Positions 42,524 to 56,681 of a DNA stretch of 64,000 bases are shown one piece after another. Origin of the DNA: Octopus vulgaris (taxonomy: Eukaryota); assembly GCA_951406725.2 (NCBI GenBank), contig OX597821.1, positions 32,922,001 to 32,986,000 on the forward strand, given 5' to 3'. Below the pieces are notes generated by a model. That model was not told where the DNA came from and searched no databases. It saw only the letters and a program-made list of their open reading frames with translations. The stretch's first letter is position 1. Every line of letters begins with the position of its first letter. The position numbers and the translations under genes are program-made.

Positions 42524-43847
42524 ATGTATATATATAAGTATGTATATATGTGTATAAGCATATATGTATGCATATATAAAAGTATGCACGTATTCACAGA
42601 ACAGCGAGCGTTGTGTGAGAGATAAAGTAGGCTACGAATTTGTTTTAAAAAATCATTATAGTAATTCTACCAGTATTTGTAGCAAGTATACGCTTCCATA
42701 TATTTTCCCCTACTTGTTTCTCTAATCCATCATAATTTGCTAAATAAACACACAGCTAGATAATGGTGGAAGAGTTATAAATTATAAATGCCTACGTAGC
42801 TCTCAACCTCTTTACGGTAACCTTGAGTTAATCAGAATATTTCACTGCCTACATGTTTTTTGTATTTTTGTTTTTACTGAATCACCCAAAGTTGTTTCTC
42901 TCCAATCCTTCGAGATACTTATTTGAGCCCTTTTCTTGTACATAAACTAACATCTTCTTAAACAGTTTTTATGAGCCACATATATCACTGTACAGAAAAG
43001 AACTACACGACAGAAACCTTTACCCAGCTTTCTCTACAAACTATGGATGGGCAGTCATGCTACTGCTTGTCCACACAATAGTCACTTCGGTTAATAGCAT
43101 TCTAATAAGAGAGAACTCAAAAACAGATGCCTGTTGCATTAGACTCTCCTACAATTATTAAGGTAATATGGACATTCCGAATGCAGTGACCTCCCTTGTT
43201 CGTTGTGCTCTTGAATAAATTCAATGTTGACCTATGGAAACGTGATTTTGCTGAAACTTTTGCGTATATGCACTAGCAATAATGCAGTTGTTTGTGGAAA
43301 CGTAGTTTTCTTTTCAATTATGTTCGTAAATAAATCAAATATTTAGATGGGATCCAAGTCTTTCTACCTTGGCTCCACCTTCCCAAACACTCTCTGCAGC
43401 TATTTCAACATTTGCTTCGTATTGATTCTTCCAAACACAAAATCTATGACCTTCGTAATAGAGATACACTCTGTTCAAAAGACTATTACTTCTAACAAAA
43501 CATTAAAAAACGATGTTTAATAATTAAGGGCTTCTTCATTTAAAAAAAAATTTCGTAATTTCCCTCCCTGAAAATTCTAAGAGATCATTATTCTAAGTAA
43601 ATTAACATTGTAGAGTCAACAATGGTTTAGTTTGTAATGTCGAATATTAACTCCTCCTTTAAGTACAGCTTTCTCTCCTTTTCTTTTTTATTTAGCTGGT
43701 GGATCGAGAGAAGCATGCATGAATTTTGAATATTCCCTTTCCTGTCTGGCTCTCTTAAAATCAATGCAGTGGATATTCTATTTAATCTTTGTGAATTGAC
43801 AACTCTGCTAAAAATTTCAGCAAGAAATTCCAGGCTGCTGCATTTAT

Positions 43848-44270
43848 GGTAAGTGCTGACGTGGCTGTATGGTTAAGAAGCTTGTTTCCTTACCATGTGT
43901 TCTTGAGTTCGGTCCCACTTTGCGGCACCTTGGATAAGTGTCTTCGACTATGGCTTGGAGCTGACCTAAATTTTGTAAGTGGACTTGGTAAACGGAAGCT
44001 AAAAGAAGCCCGTTATATATGCGCGTATGTGTATCTCAATGTATGTGGGTGGATGTATTTATGTGCGTTATTTGTCTTTGATTTTCTGTTGTGCTTGTCC
44101 TCCACCGCTGCTTGATAAGAAGTGCTCAATATTTTTACATCCACGTATTTTAGCGGTTCGGCAAAAGATACTTGTAGAGTAAGTAACAACTTTTGGAAAA
44201 ATAAAGAATAAGTACTGAAATCGATTTGTTTCCACTAAATCCTTCGAGACGGTGCTCCATCGTGGATGCA
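43848..44270 (+). mobile_element. Old SINE family B copy
   Basis: GTGGCTGTATGGTTAAGAAGCTTG...GGCACCTTGGATAAGTGTCTTC...TTAGCGGTTCGGCAAAAGA...CGGTGCTCCA. Confidence 0.8.
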
Positions 44271-44272
44271 CA

Positions 44273-44490
44273 ATAATAATAAAGGGTAAAATTAATTAAT
44301 AATTAATAATTATACCAAGTAGTTCGGTATGTTAAAAGAACCATTATCGGTAAACTTAAACAAAAAATTTTATACTTATGAGTATAATTATAATTAGGGT
44401 TCAGCAAAAGAATTTGCTTCACCACTTACCGAAAATTATAAATAGCAGTTAAAACTAGCTATTTCTCTACCATAAGAAAATCTCACAGAC
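44273..44490 (-). mobile_element. Diverged relative of the 60.4-61.6-kb hammerhead repeat
   Basis: Collinear with ~60895-61110 (AAAGGGT.AAATTAATTAA, ACCAAGTAG..TTCGGTATGT, AGGGTT.AGCAA, AAATAGCAGT.AAA, TAGCTATT). Confidence 0.65.
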
Positions 44491-44492
44491 AA

Positions 44493-44723
44493 CAGGGTGT
44501 CTCCAAAAAATGTATACACACTTTAACAGCTGATAATTCAATTGATGTTTTTACCTTGCAGGTTAAACCCGCTGGAATTAATGATGCCAGTCATACTAAG
44601 CTTTGAACAAAGGAAATTCATTATAAAATGCTACTGGAAGTGTGAAAACGCAGTTGAAGTGCAGAAACAGTTTAGGAGGGAGTTTCAAACCGATCCACCA
44701 ACGCCACTTACAATCACTCGAAT
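44493..44723 (+). mobile_element. 5' end of a Tc1/mariner-superfamily element (CAGGGTGT TIR, DUF4817-like HTH)
   Basis: TIR start CAGGGTGTC. ORF MPVILSFEQRKFIIKCYWKCENAVEVQKQFRREFQTDPPT.LTITRI, then truncated. Confidence 0.75.
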
Positions 44724-45705
44724 TATGCATCTCATCCCTCGATCAACGAGATTATTTGTGCCTCGTTGGTAAAAACTTATTGGCTTTGATGCTAAGAAGT
44801 CTTTGAAAGCTAATTCCACCTCTGGTTTGGACTTGAAAGTTTTATCATTTAAAACATGTTTAAATGCTTTTAAAAAATGGTAGTCAGTGGGTGAAAGATC
44901 AGTAGAATATGGAGGATGTGGTAAAGTCTCGTATCCCACGTCTGTGAGTTTCTGCAGCGTCATTCTTGCAACATGTGGCTTTGTATTATCGTGGAGCAGA
45001 ATTGGGCCACGCTGATTCACCAATGCAGGTGAGCATGCATTTCAGCGAGTTGATTGCAATAAACTTCTACTGCAATGCTCTGATTGGCTTCCAGAAAGCT
45101 GTAAAGGAGAACATCAATTGCAGACCACCAGACAGTCACCATAATTTTTTGCTGATGCAACTTTGGCTTTGGGAAATGTTTGGGGGACTCATCACGCTCA
45201 AGCCATTGACCTGATCGTTTGCGGTTATCATAAAGGATCCAGTTTTCGTCACAAGTGACTATTCGGTCAGGAAAAGGATCATTGGTGTTTCGCAGAAAGA
45301 GCATCGAGCAGACTTCAAAACGCCGAACTTTTTGATTTTCATTGAACTCATGCAGTACTCATATATCAAGCTTTTTCACCTTACCAATCTTCTACACATT
45401 GTGTGAGACCGTTGCAATATCGACACCAAGTACCCGAGACGTTTCTCTGACACTTTGACGTGGGTTTTGTTCAACAATTGCTTTCAATTGTTCATTGTCA
45501 AGACTGCATGACCGTCCTCTGTCTTATTCATTTTCAAGGCTCTCATCACCACTATGGAATTTCCTAAACCACCTTCGTACTGTGTGATCACATGTGAACC
45601 CTTCACCCCTTACTCTGTTGACATTAGCAGCAGTTTGGGAGGCATTATGCCCAAGTTTGAACTCATGCAAAAAAGTAAGCGAAGGTCCTTTTTTGTCATG
45701 TTCAT
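44724..45705 (-). pseudogene. Mariner transposase pseudogene
   Basis: MNMTKKDLRLLFLHEFKLGHNA..VRRWFRKF..IVTCDENWILYDN..KIMVTVWWS..LLHDNTKPH..HPPYSTDLSPTDYHF, with several stops and a frameshift near 45020. Confidence 0.93.
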
Positions 45706-45887
45706 AATTAAGGGTGCATATGCTTCAAGAGTGTTTTCTGTCTGAAATAAGTAGAAAATTATTAAGGAGCATACCATCAATTATTAAGTATGTCAAAATT
45801 CACCGAAAATATAGTTAAAATACTATGATAAAATTACGTTTCAAAATACAACACTTATAGCGGCCCATTATTTTCGGAACAACCTAA
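44724..45887 (-). mobile_element. Mariner (DD34D, Mos1/Hsmar-like) transposon, 3' TIR missing
   Basis: TIR TA|TTAGGTTGTTCCGAAAATAATGGG at the right end, enclosing the transposase pseudogene. Confidence 0.92.
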
Positions 45888-46550
45888 TATTTACAACACA
45901 TATATTACCCATGGTGTAGAAACGGGTGAATCGCAAAAGCTAGCATAAAGTAGGTATGCAACTTGCTAGATTATAACTGTTGTAGCAGTGGTAAAAGAGG
46001 CGAAATGATAAAAGAAACAAAACATCATTGTGCATGTGATTGTGAAGTGTTAGCAAGTGTGTTTGGATTTTGAACTACGCCAAACCAAATTGACCCAGAC
46101 ACTCTATATAAACAGAGAGTTACGTTTTTCTACTCAACTCTCAGAAGGGAAACACTTGTCTTCAGTGATAACAAGGAGAAGATAATTAGATTTATTTTCT
46201 ATTTATATCATTTAATTTACTTTAAACAAAAATTCTTTGTGAAAGTAAACAAAAATAAACAATGGTAACAAGTATATAACATGTATATAACTTTACTGCC
46301 ACTTTCTCTTGTGCTCTCTCTCTCTCTCCTCTCTCCCTATACCCCTGTCACTCTTGTTCTGCTCCCATTGTCTCCCTCTCTCTCCCTCTCTCTCTCTTTA
46401 CCTCTCTCTCTCTCTCTCTCTCTCTCTTTACCTCTCTCTGTCTGTCTCTCTCTCTCTCAAATCTTCCTATGAGAAGAGAGTGGTTTTTCACGAAGAAACA
46501 AATTCCCCACACTGGAATTTACTTAACAACAAAATTATTCCAGTGCACGT

Positions 46551-46591
<41 letters not shown>

Positions 46592-46623
46592 AACAAACGC
46601 ACACACAACACACACACGCGCCC

Positions 46624-48022
<1,399 letters not shown>

Positions 48023-48023
48023 G

Positions 48024-48099
<76 letters not shown>

Positions 48100-48100
<1 letters not shown>

Positions 48101-48492
48101 CTTTCTTTATTCGCTACACAGGGTTGGACACAGAGAGGACAATTACAAATGTAGAGCGTTTCTTTTCGAAGATGGAAAAGGAAAAAGAAGAAAAAAGGAA
48201 ACAAATGTAAAATTTCGATCAAAAGAGATCGGAAGGAAAAAAAAGCGATCAAAAGGGATCGTGTATCACAAAAAGAAAAAAAGTTGCTTTTTTTTTTCAA
48301 AGTAACAAACAAGATTAGGTTCATCTGTGGAAAGAAAAGCCTACAGAAAAGACCACGGTAACCTCAGACAGGGAGTAAAAAAACACATGAGAGCAAAGTG
48401 CTCTCTCTCTCTCTCTTTTACGATTTACAGGATCATGTTCAAAGTGATTTCGTCACTCGCACGCACCATATTTACTACATTCACCCACCTTT
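48100..48492 (-). mobile_element. Tx1-like LINE 3' end, divergent subfamily (array unit 3)
   Basis: Diverged but collinear (GAAAAGCCTAC.GAAAAGACCACGGTAACCT). (GATA)n on both sides. Confidence 0.85.
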
Positions 48493-48560
<68 letters not shown>

Positions 48561-48582
48561 AAGATAGATAGATAGATAGATA

Positions 48583-49009
48583 TGTTTCTTTATTAGCCAC
48601 ACAGGGCTGCACACAGACAGAACAAATTACAAGGTAGAGCTTTTCTTTTGGGGGTAAAAAAGAGGGGGGGTCGATCAAAAGGGATCGTAAAAGGAAAGAA
48701 AGAGGACAAAAAAAAGGGGAGGATTTTAAAAAAAGGGGGGAGAGGGAAAAAAAAAGAAAAGGAAAGAGGAAAAAATATTGAACAATAGGGATCGTAATCA
48801 CAGAAATGTCAATATGAAGTGTAAAGGGGAGGACAGGTGAGTTTTACCCGTGGAAAGAAAAGCCTACGGAAAAGACCACGGTAACCTTGGTCAATGAAGT
48901 CACAGGTTATATTTCTTTTTTTTTTTTTGCAAATAAGCATCTCTCTATTAATTTTTACGGTTCATAGAATCATAGTCAAGGTGGCTTCGTCATTCATACG
49001 TGCCATCCT
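48583..49009 (-). mobile_element. Tx1-like LINE 3' end (array unit 4, non-inverted part)
   Basis: Matches the 37510 copy. Joins directly to the plus-strand ORF2 segment at 49009/49010. Confidence 0.92.
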
Positions 49010-49039
49010 GTGTTTTAAAGCACACACCCCAATAGAATC

Positions 49040-50434
49040 ATGGTCAAGATTGGTTGTGTGAATGCGCGTGGCTTGGGGTCTCCTTGGAAACAAGGATACC
49101 TCCTAAATGACATCAAGTCACACGATTTGGGAATCATAGCCATAAGTGAGACCAGACTCCACGAGCCACGGGCCCTAAAGTCCATGTTTGGCGGACAGTT
49201 TAACATTTATTTTGCTCCCTGTCTGCCGAGGATGGGCAGTAGTGGCACCACGGTACTTTTTCACAAGAGCCTGGATCTCGAAGTCAAGACGATATTCGTA
49301 GACCCGGAGGGTAGACTGGTCGTTCTGGATGTCGACGGCAGTAATGGGTGCGCTTTTCGACTCGTTTCAGTCTACGCACCGCCTTTAACAGGTCGGCCGG
49401 ATTTCTTTCGACGTCTAGAAGTATTCCTGGGAACGTCTCGTCCTTTACTTTTAGTGGGGGATTGGAATGCTACCTTGGACACGCATCTAGACTATGTGGG
49501 GAGAGACAAAAACAGAAGGGGATGCAAATGCCTCAGAGACCTGCTCAGATGATTCCAACTGTCTGACAGGTACCGACTCGACCACCCAAATGCACCAACG
49601 TGGACATGGAGCAACCGCATCGGATCGTCGAGATCGTATCTAGATAGGATACTGTGTAGGACAGTAGACAAGGATAACTTAGGATGTCCACAATTCCACA
49701 CAGTCAGCTACACGGATCACAAATTCGTGACGTGTACGCTAGACTTAGATAAGGCACATAGACAGGGTCCTGGTTACTGGAAACTGAATGCATCATTCCC
49801 GTACAGACAAGTTTTCAGAGACAGAATCAACACGTTAGTAAAAAGGGCTTTAACGGGAGCCATTGTCAACAACAAATGGTTGTTCGCCCTCAAGAGAGCA
49901 GTAAAAGCGGAAGCAATAAGATATAGCAAGGCACTAGCCGTAGATAGAAATAGAGTAGAGGGTGAGTTAGTTAAGAAGTTAGAGGAGGCAATAAGAAGCG
50001 GCTCACACCCGACGTTTTGGCAGCAAGGTTGGCCCTTGACCAACACTTCAACGCCAAACACGAAGGGTGTGCTGTCAGGGCTAGGATGCGAGCTCTAAGG
50101 ATGGAAGGTGTTGGAGCCGCGAGGGAGGCCCGGGTGGCGGAGGCGCAGCAGGGCAACAAAGCCATCATTCGGTCTCTGGTAGATGAACAAGGGCGCGAAT
50201 TGCTCGAGCCCAGCAAGATGTGCGAGACATTTCAGCGGCACTTTGCCCGACTGTACGGGACGAGTGGTGAGCGTGAACGCAGGGTGGACTGTAGTGCCTA
50301 CCTGCACAGCCTACCACGACTCTCGGCAAGAGAGGCAGAGTGCTGCGAAGGTGCCATCACGGCGGCGGATGTGCGGGACGCGATGGCAGAATGCTCGAGA
50401 GACAAATCGCCGGGTTTGGATGGTCTGCCCTACG

Positions 50435-50436
<2 letters not shown>
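49040..50436 (+). pseudogene. Tx1/L1-clade ORF2 N-terminal half: APE endonuclease plus linker (inverted segment)
   Basis: GCVNARGL, ISETR, SVYAP, GDWN, SYLDR, YTDH, GYWKLNAS, KSPGLDGLPYE. In-frame stop at 49550 and frameshift near 50010. Ends in (GATA)n just before the RT core. Confidence 0.95.
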
Positions 50437-50518
<82 letters not shown>

Positions 50519-50519
50519 G

Positions 50520-50557
<38 letters not shown>

Positions 50558-51469
50558 CACATGCACACATACTGTTACTGTCAGAGTTGTTAAATAATAA
50601 AGTGAAGGGATAAACAAAAGTTAACTTCTACTAATGAAAGGACTGACTTGTTTATTCGAGTCAACTACTCCTTACATATTGGGTGGGTTTGAACTCCATA
50701 TCACAGAAATACAAAATATTAAATACTGCTGGGACTTGTGAATATTTCACGAAATTGATGGTAAACCTATTTGGTTATTTCTGAAAACTTTATTCAAAAA
50801 TCCTCAAAGTGTATCCTGTGTTGTATCTGTACTGAAAGATAGTTGCTCATCTGCCACTCACTGAAAAGTGAAAGAAATTGGAATCCGATGATTACTTAAT
50901 GGACTTTATATACTTTATGCACAATTTTATAGACTTAATATTCAGCACTCATAATATAAACATTCGCTCTTATTTTTCTATTTTCTCCCATAAACAGAAA
51001 AAATATCATGTACATATGATACAACCTTTCGTTAAATTGCACATATCTGCCTCTTAAATAAGCGTGAATATTTCACGGAACTGCATTTATGCGCATGTGT
51101 TAAGTGATAGGTGATATAAAAAAAAAATTAGCTCAATTTTAAAAAATACACTTTTCACTATCCACGCACCACCACCACCTCCACCAACACTATCCTCATC
51201 TCCCTCTCCACCTGTCTCTGTCCTCTTTCCCTCTCCCTCTCCCTCTCCCTCTTTATCCCTCTCTCTATCTATTTTTATCTGCCTTTCTTTAATCTCACCA
51301 TCAGAACATCACCCCTCTGCTAAACTTATATTTCTAACTTTCTCTGTATCACTACCGTCAACTAACATTTTTAACTACGTAATAAATATTACGTTCCCTT
51401 TAACTCACGTCATGAACGCGCTTTTTCTCTCTCCGTCTTTCTGTCTCATTCTTCACTTTATTCTCTTTA

Positions 51470-51640
51470 TCATTCACTACAGCCATGCTGGAGCACCGCC
51501 TTTAGTCGAACAAATCAACCCCAGGGCTTATTTTTTGTAAGTATTAGGCTTACAACGAATAAGTCCTGGGGTCGATTTGTTCGACTAAAAGCGGTGCTCC
51601 AGCATGACCTCAGTCAAATGACTGAAACAAGTAAAAGAAT
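51470..51640. mobile_element. Fold-back of two SINE family B 3' ends
   Basis: CATGCTGGAGCACCGC..TTAGTCGAACAAATC.ACCCCAGG.CTTATT..TTGTAAG followed directly by its reverse complement. Confidence 0.8.
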
Positions 51641-52346
51641 AACAGAATTCGACATACATATTTTCATTGTGGGCAATATATTATTTCTATTGTGGATGAT
51701 AAAAATAATATTGACTTGAATTAAACTGAATGTCATTTGAATGAAAAATTCCAAAAATATTTGCCATACTTGAATATAGTAGGGGCTATACTTAACACAT
51801 CGACTTTTAACCCTGACTCTTCTTCCTAAATCAACTGTTGAAAAACTAGGCACACCAGTGTCAAAGGCATTTTATTTCTTTCAAAAGTTTTACAATTTGC
51901 AAAATTTGAAATGTATGCCTTCCGGCATGTTTATTTAGTGTCAGATATTTGTATGCTGTAACGAGACAAAAGGGAGAGACCTCGACCTTGAAAAGAGAGA
52001 TTTCGCTCTATTTTACGTTGTAAATATTTTACAGCTATATAAGACGTACTGTATATAGCTGTAAAATAAATACCCTGTGAAAGGGGTTGATTAGAGAGAT
52101 ATTGCTTATTTCTGCAAGTTGAAGGAAAAGAATATAATTGACATGTAGTTCCTTTCATGGTAGTACGGAGAAAGAAACTTACGATGAATCGTAACAGGAA
52201 AACAGAGGTTATTACTATTGTTTGTTTTTTGTTATTTATGTTATTGTTTAAATCACCTCTCAGAGAGCTGACATATAATTATAAGCATTCCGTGCATGGC
52301 CATCCCATCTGCCTTTATTTTCCCTCGTTAACTGAAACTTCACCGT

Positions 52347-52562
52347 GAGCTGGCAGAAACGTTAGCACGCCGGGCGAAATGCTTAATGGTATTTCATCCG
52401 CCGCTACGTTCTGAGTTCAAATTCCGCCGAGGTCGACTTTGTCTTTCAACATTTCGGGGTCGATAAATTAAGTACCAGTTACGCACTGGAGTCGATGTAA
52501 TCCCTTTGTCTGTCCTTGTTTCTCCCTTCTATGTTTAACCCCTTGTGGGCAATAAAGAAATA
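52347..52562 (+). mobile_element. Young SINE family A
   Basis: TSD TGAAACTTCAC at 52333-52343 and 52563-52573. Confidence 0.9.
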
Positions 52563-53191
52563 TGAAACTTCACTGTCTTTCCGAAGTGAAATGTATGGTT
52601 TGGCTGCTAAAATTAGCGGGCAGAGCATTATCCTAAGAGGCTGCCTCGACTGTCAATATGATTTTCTCTTCGAATATATATACACTTTACGAAGATTACT
52701 GTATCCAAGAGGACAATCAATGAGTTGTAGAACGTCAGTGAAAATAATCATTGCAAGAGTGATCACAATCTTCAATATTGTTCCCAGTTCCCGTTTATAT
52801 TCAACACATAAATAAATTTGCCAGTTTTAACGCTTGGTAAGCAATATTGTGATTTCTTTATGATATGCCTGTGTATTTTGCACAGTGGTATATCACTGTA
52901 ATTAACAGTAGACAACAGGTAGTGATGGATTAATCGTGTTGGTAAAACAGATTAGCACTGAAATCGTAAGAACTAAATGAAAAGAAATAGGAAATAAACG
53001 TAAAAACAGATGGAAAGATAATGACTAGAAAATTCGAAAATATTATTCAATATTTGCAGTAAATTGTATTTCGACAATAATATGATACTTAGAAGAAAAT
53101 TACATTGTGTGAAATAGTATTTTCAGCCAATGGTTTGGATCGCTTTGAATTATTGTGGCTATCAGGAACGTGTGTGTATGTGCGTGCGTGC

Positions 53192-53268
<77 letters not shown>

Positions 53269-53309
53269 TGTGTGTGTGCGTATGTGTGTGTGCGTGCGCG
53301 TGCGTGTGC

Positions 53310-53391
<82 letters not shown>

Positions 53392-53623
53392 CAGCGCCAG
53401 TCGCATCTAGCATTTGTGTAAACAGCAACTGTTCAAAGTAGACGATAGCAATCATTTCAGTAAATTGTTTTTCTTCTTGAGTTGCTATTACGAATGTGAA
53501 GATAAGAAATCCTCTTTAAATGAAAGTGTCTCTGGAATATTGAAGGTTCTGTTTACAACACATCAAATGATAGACACAACAACAACAATAACAATAATAA
53601 TGATAATAATAATAATGATTATG

Positions 53624-53678
<55 letters not shown>

Positions 53679-53753
53679 CAACAACAACAATAATGATAAT
53701 AATAGTAATGATAATAATGATAATAATAGTAATGATAATGATAATAATAATAA

Positions 53754-53805
<52 letters not shown>

Positions 53806-54107
53806 CAACAACAACAGCAACAGCAACAGCAACAATAATAATAAATAGTAATAATAATAATAATAATAATGATAACGATAACAATAACGACAACAATATA
53901 TTCTGATAGAGGTACTAAAAGTAAGAATTTGAGAATCAGGAGTGGTATATATCCGATTACGACGACCCTGTATTTGTCTGGTACTTATTTTAACAACTAC
54001 AGAACGATCAAAGGCCATGTTCGCCACGACAGAATGTAAATACCACGAGGAACTGTGTCCATTGCGCTACTGATTTTATTTTCCACATCCTTTGAATAAT
54101 AATAATA

Positions 54108-54163
<56 letters not shown>

Positions 54164-54349
54164 CATTATTATTATTATTATTATCATTATTATTATTATT
54201 ATTATTATCATTATTATTATTATTGTTATCGCAGTCACCAGGTACCGATGGTCGACCCCGTGGAACGTTTTAAAGTGATTCATGTTAATCAGCCCGCCAC
54301 TGAATTCATATCTATAGTCAGATCTAGACCTCACTCTCTCTCTCTCTTT

Positions 54350-54415
<66 letters not shown>

Positions 54416-54906
54416 CACACTAACACACACTCACACACACTTTCTCTACAACGCATAGCTGGCGATGTTTTCTTTCATAAGATCATCTTCTGATTTACTA
54501 ACACCCCATCCAATATACAGTTTTCTATCGCCTCTTCTTCACAAGAGTTATCGATTTATCTATAATAGTTCTGCGCGTATAAACTTTCACCAGTTATTGA
54601 CGATTACCGTATTAATTCTGATCGCCAATCTGGCCGCTGTAAATTTTTCGGGAATTACGCGTTCAGCTTCCGTTAATGTGTGTTTGGCTTCATGTTTTAA
54701 CTAATTTGACCACGCATACAACAAACTTCAAGTCTCTGTACTTATCAGCGTGAGGCCAAGCTATTTCTATGAGCTGGCCTGACAAAAATTTACGAACTGC
54801 ACGTGATTTATTCAATTCCGTATTAGCAAATCCAGAAAATTTATTTGCTAATTGTCAGACAGCTGGATCTATCTGAGCAGGTTTGTTAGACATTTACATT
54901 TCTTTC

Positions 54907-55504
54907 GGATCTTTTCGGTTTGAACGGCAGTTTTTGACATAATTTCTAGGTAACTATGGAGGAGAAATAGCACTGGAAAGAATTCGATAATGTTATCAAT
55001 ATGTTTGTGAGGGACAACAAAGTGGAAAATTATGAATTTTATTAAAGAACTGCTTCGAAGCCACAGAGGTACGGAATGAATAATGTCACTTAGCTGAACT
55101 ATTTCCCTATCATTTCGAATTCGGGATCTTTTTTGTTTGAACGGCAGTTTTTAACATGATTTCTAGGTAACTAAAAAAAATTTTTTACTTCGTATACTGG
55201 TAAAATGTGTTTATAAAATATATTTTTCTCTTGGCTTTATTGAGAAAATTCTATAGTTTGTAAGATATTTGTTGTTTTTTTCTTCAATTTCTGCAATTTC
55301 AACCAATCAGTGACGACTATTGAGTTAAAAAGCATTCTGTGCCGTATGAATATGTCCCTCGTTTAAGAAACAGATTGGGTTTATTTACATTTGTGAAGAA
55401 AAAAGATACCCTTCCCCCCACCCCTAACCCTAACCCTAAAAGAGATTGAAATGCAATAGATCGATTCTAGGGTCAAAATTATGCCGTTCAAACCGAAAAG
55501 ATCC
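54907..55504. mobile_element. Composite MITE (same family as 11762) with duplicated left end and captured sequence
   Basis: TSD TTTCTTTC at 54899-54906 and 55505-55512. Left TIR at 54907 and again at ~55124. Internal (CCCTAA)3. Confidence 0.85.
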
Positions 55505-56464
55505 TTTCTTTCTTTTATTAGTTACTCATACTGGAATTAAGTTTATATGTACGATATCATTCAGTGGCACTCAGTAACTAAGGAAAGTGAAGCAGTCTGA
55601 TTTTTTGGCCTACACGTGTTACAAACGATTGCCGTTCACCATGACAGCTTCTGACTTACCATTCAAGTTCAGAAACCTGTTTCTGTCTCTATTTTGATAC
55701 CATTCAGAAACATCAATGCCAGCCTGCTGCGACTGAAAGGTACACCAACTTCTTAGTCATACAAAAGTGTTCCGCAAATTCGGGTCTAACTGAATGTGTT
55801 TCACGCCGGATTTAGCAATATGAGATTATTAAGCTGGTGACCTTACTTCCATACCTAACGAAAATCACGTTCATTTTTGTAAACTTCTCTTATTGTGGCC
55901 TTTTATAAATATAGAATATATATGTCCTTATATCTAGACAAATCAGGTTTTCGAGCGCTAAATGTGCTTGCAGCTTCGTATTTTTGTGTGACTTTTCCAT
56001 TTTGCTTTAATGCCCCACATCCTGAGACAAAAAGTCGCTGTTGACCTCAGACATAGTCCTCACTAAAATTCCATCGGTTATGAAGACGAAGGTTCCAGTT
56101 GATCCAACGGAGGGAAAAAGCCTGCTCATGAAATTAACGTAGAAGTGGCTGAGCACTCCAGAGGTTCATCATTACTTTAAAGTGCTAACAACACCAAAAG
56201 TTTTATCCGGGATTTTCAGCAATAATCCTTTGAACAAGGGGACATTATCAAATGACTAAATCGATATCTGATCCAAAAATTCATTATTAAGATTCAAATT
56301 GACACAAAAATAAGATGAAAAGGTAAAAAATCACATTGGCAAGATTTGAACACAGAACAAAAACGGCAATAACTAAATGCCTCAAATAATTCTGTCGATC
56401 AGTTTATATTTTTCAAAAAAAAAGAAGACATGTTAAGAATGTACTTGATATCTGAACATAGCCT

Positions 56465-56681
56465 AAGGCGGCGGACTGGCAAAATAGCTAGCATGCTGGG
56501 CAGAACGCTTAGAAACACTTCGTCTGTTTACACGTTCTGACTTCAAATTCCGTCGAGGCCGACTTTGCCTTTCATCCTTTCGGGGTCGATGAAATAAGTA
56601 TCAGTTGAGCACTGAGGTCGATGTAATCGACTTAATCGCTCACCCGAAATTGCAGGTCTTGTGCCAAAAATTTGAAACCAA
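56465..56681 (+). mobile_element. SINE family A, older subfamily
   Basis: AAGGCGGCGG.CTGGCA...GACTTTGCCTTTCATCCTTTCGGGGTCGAT. Confidence 0.85.
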
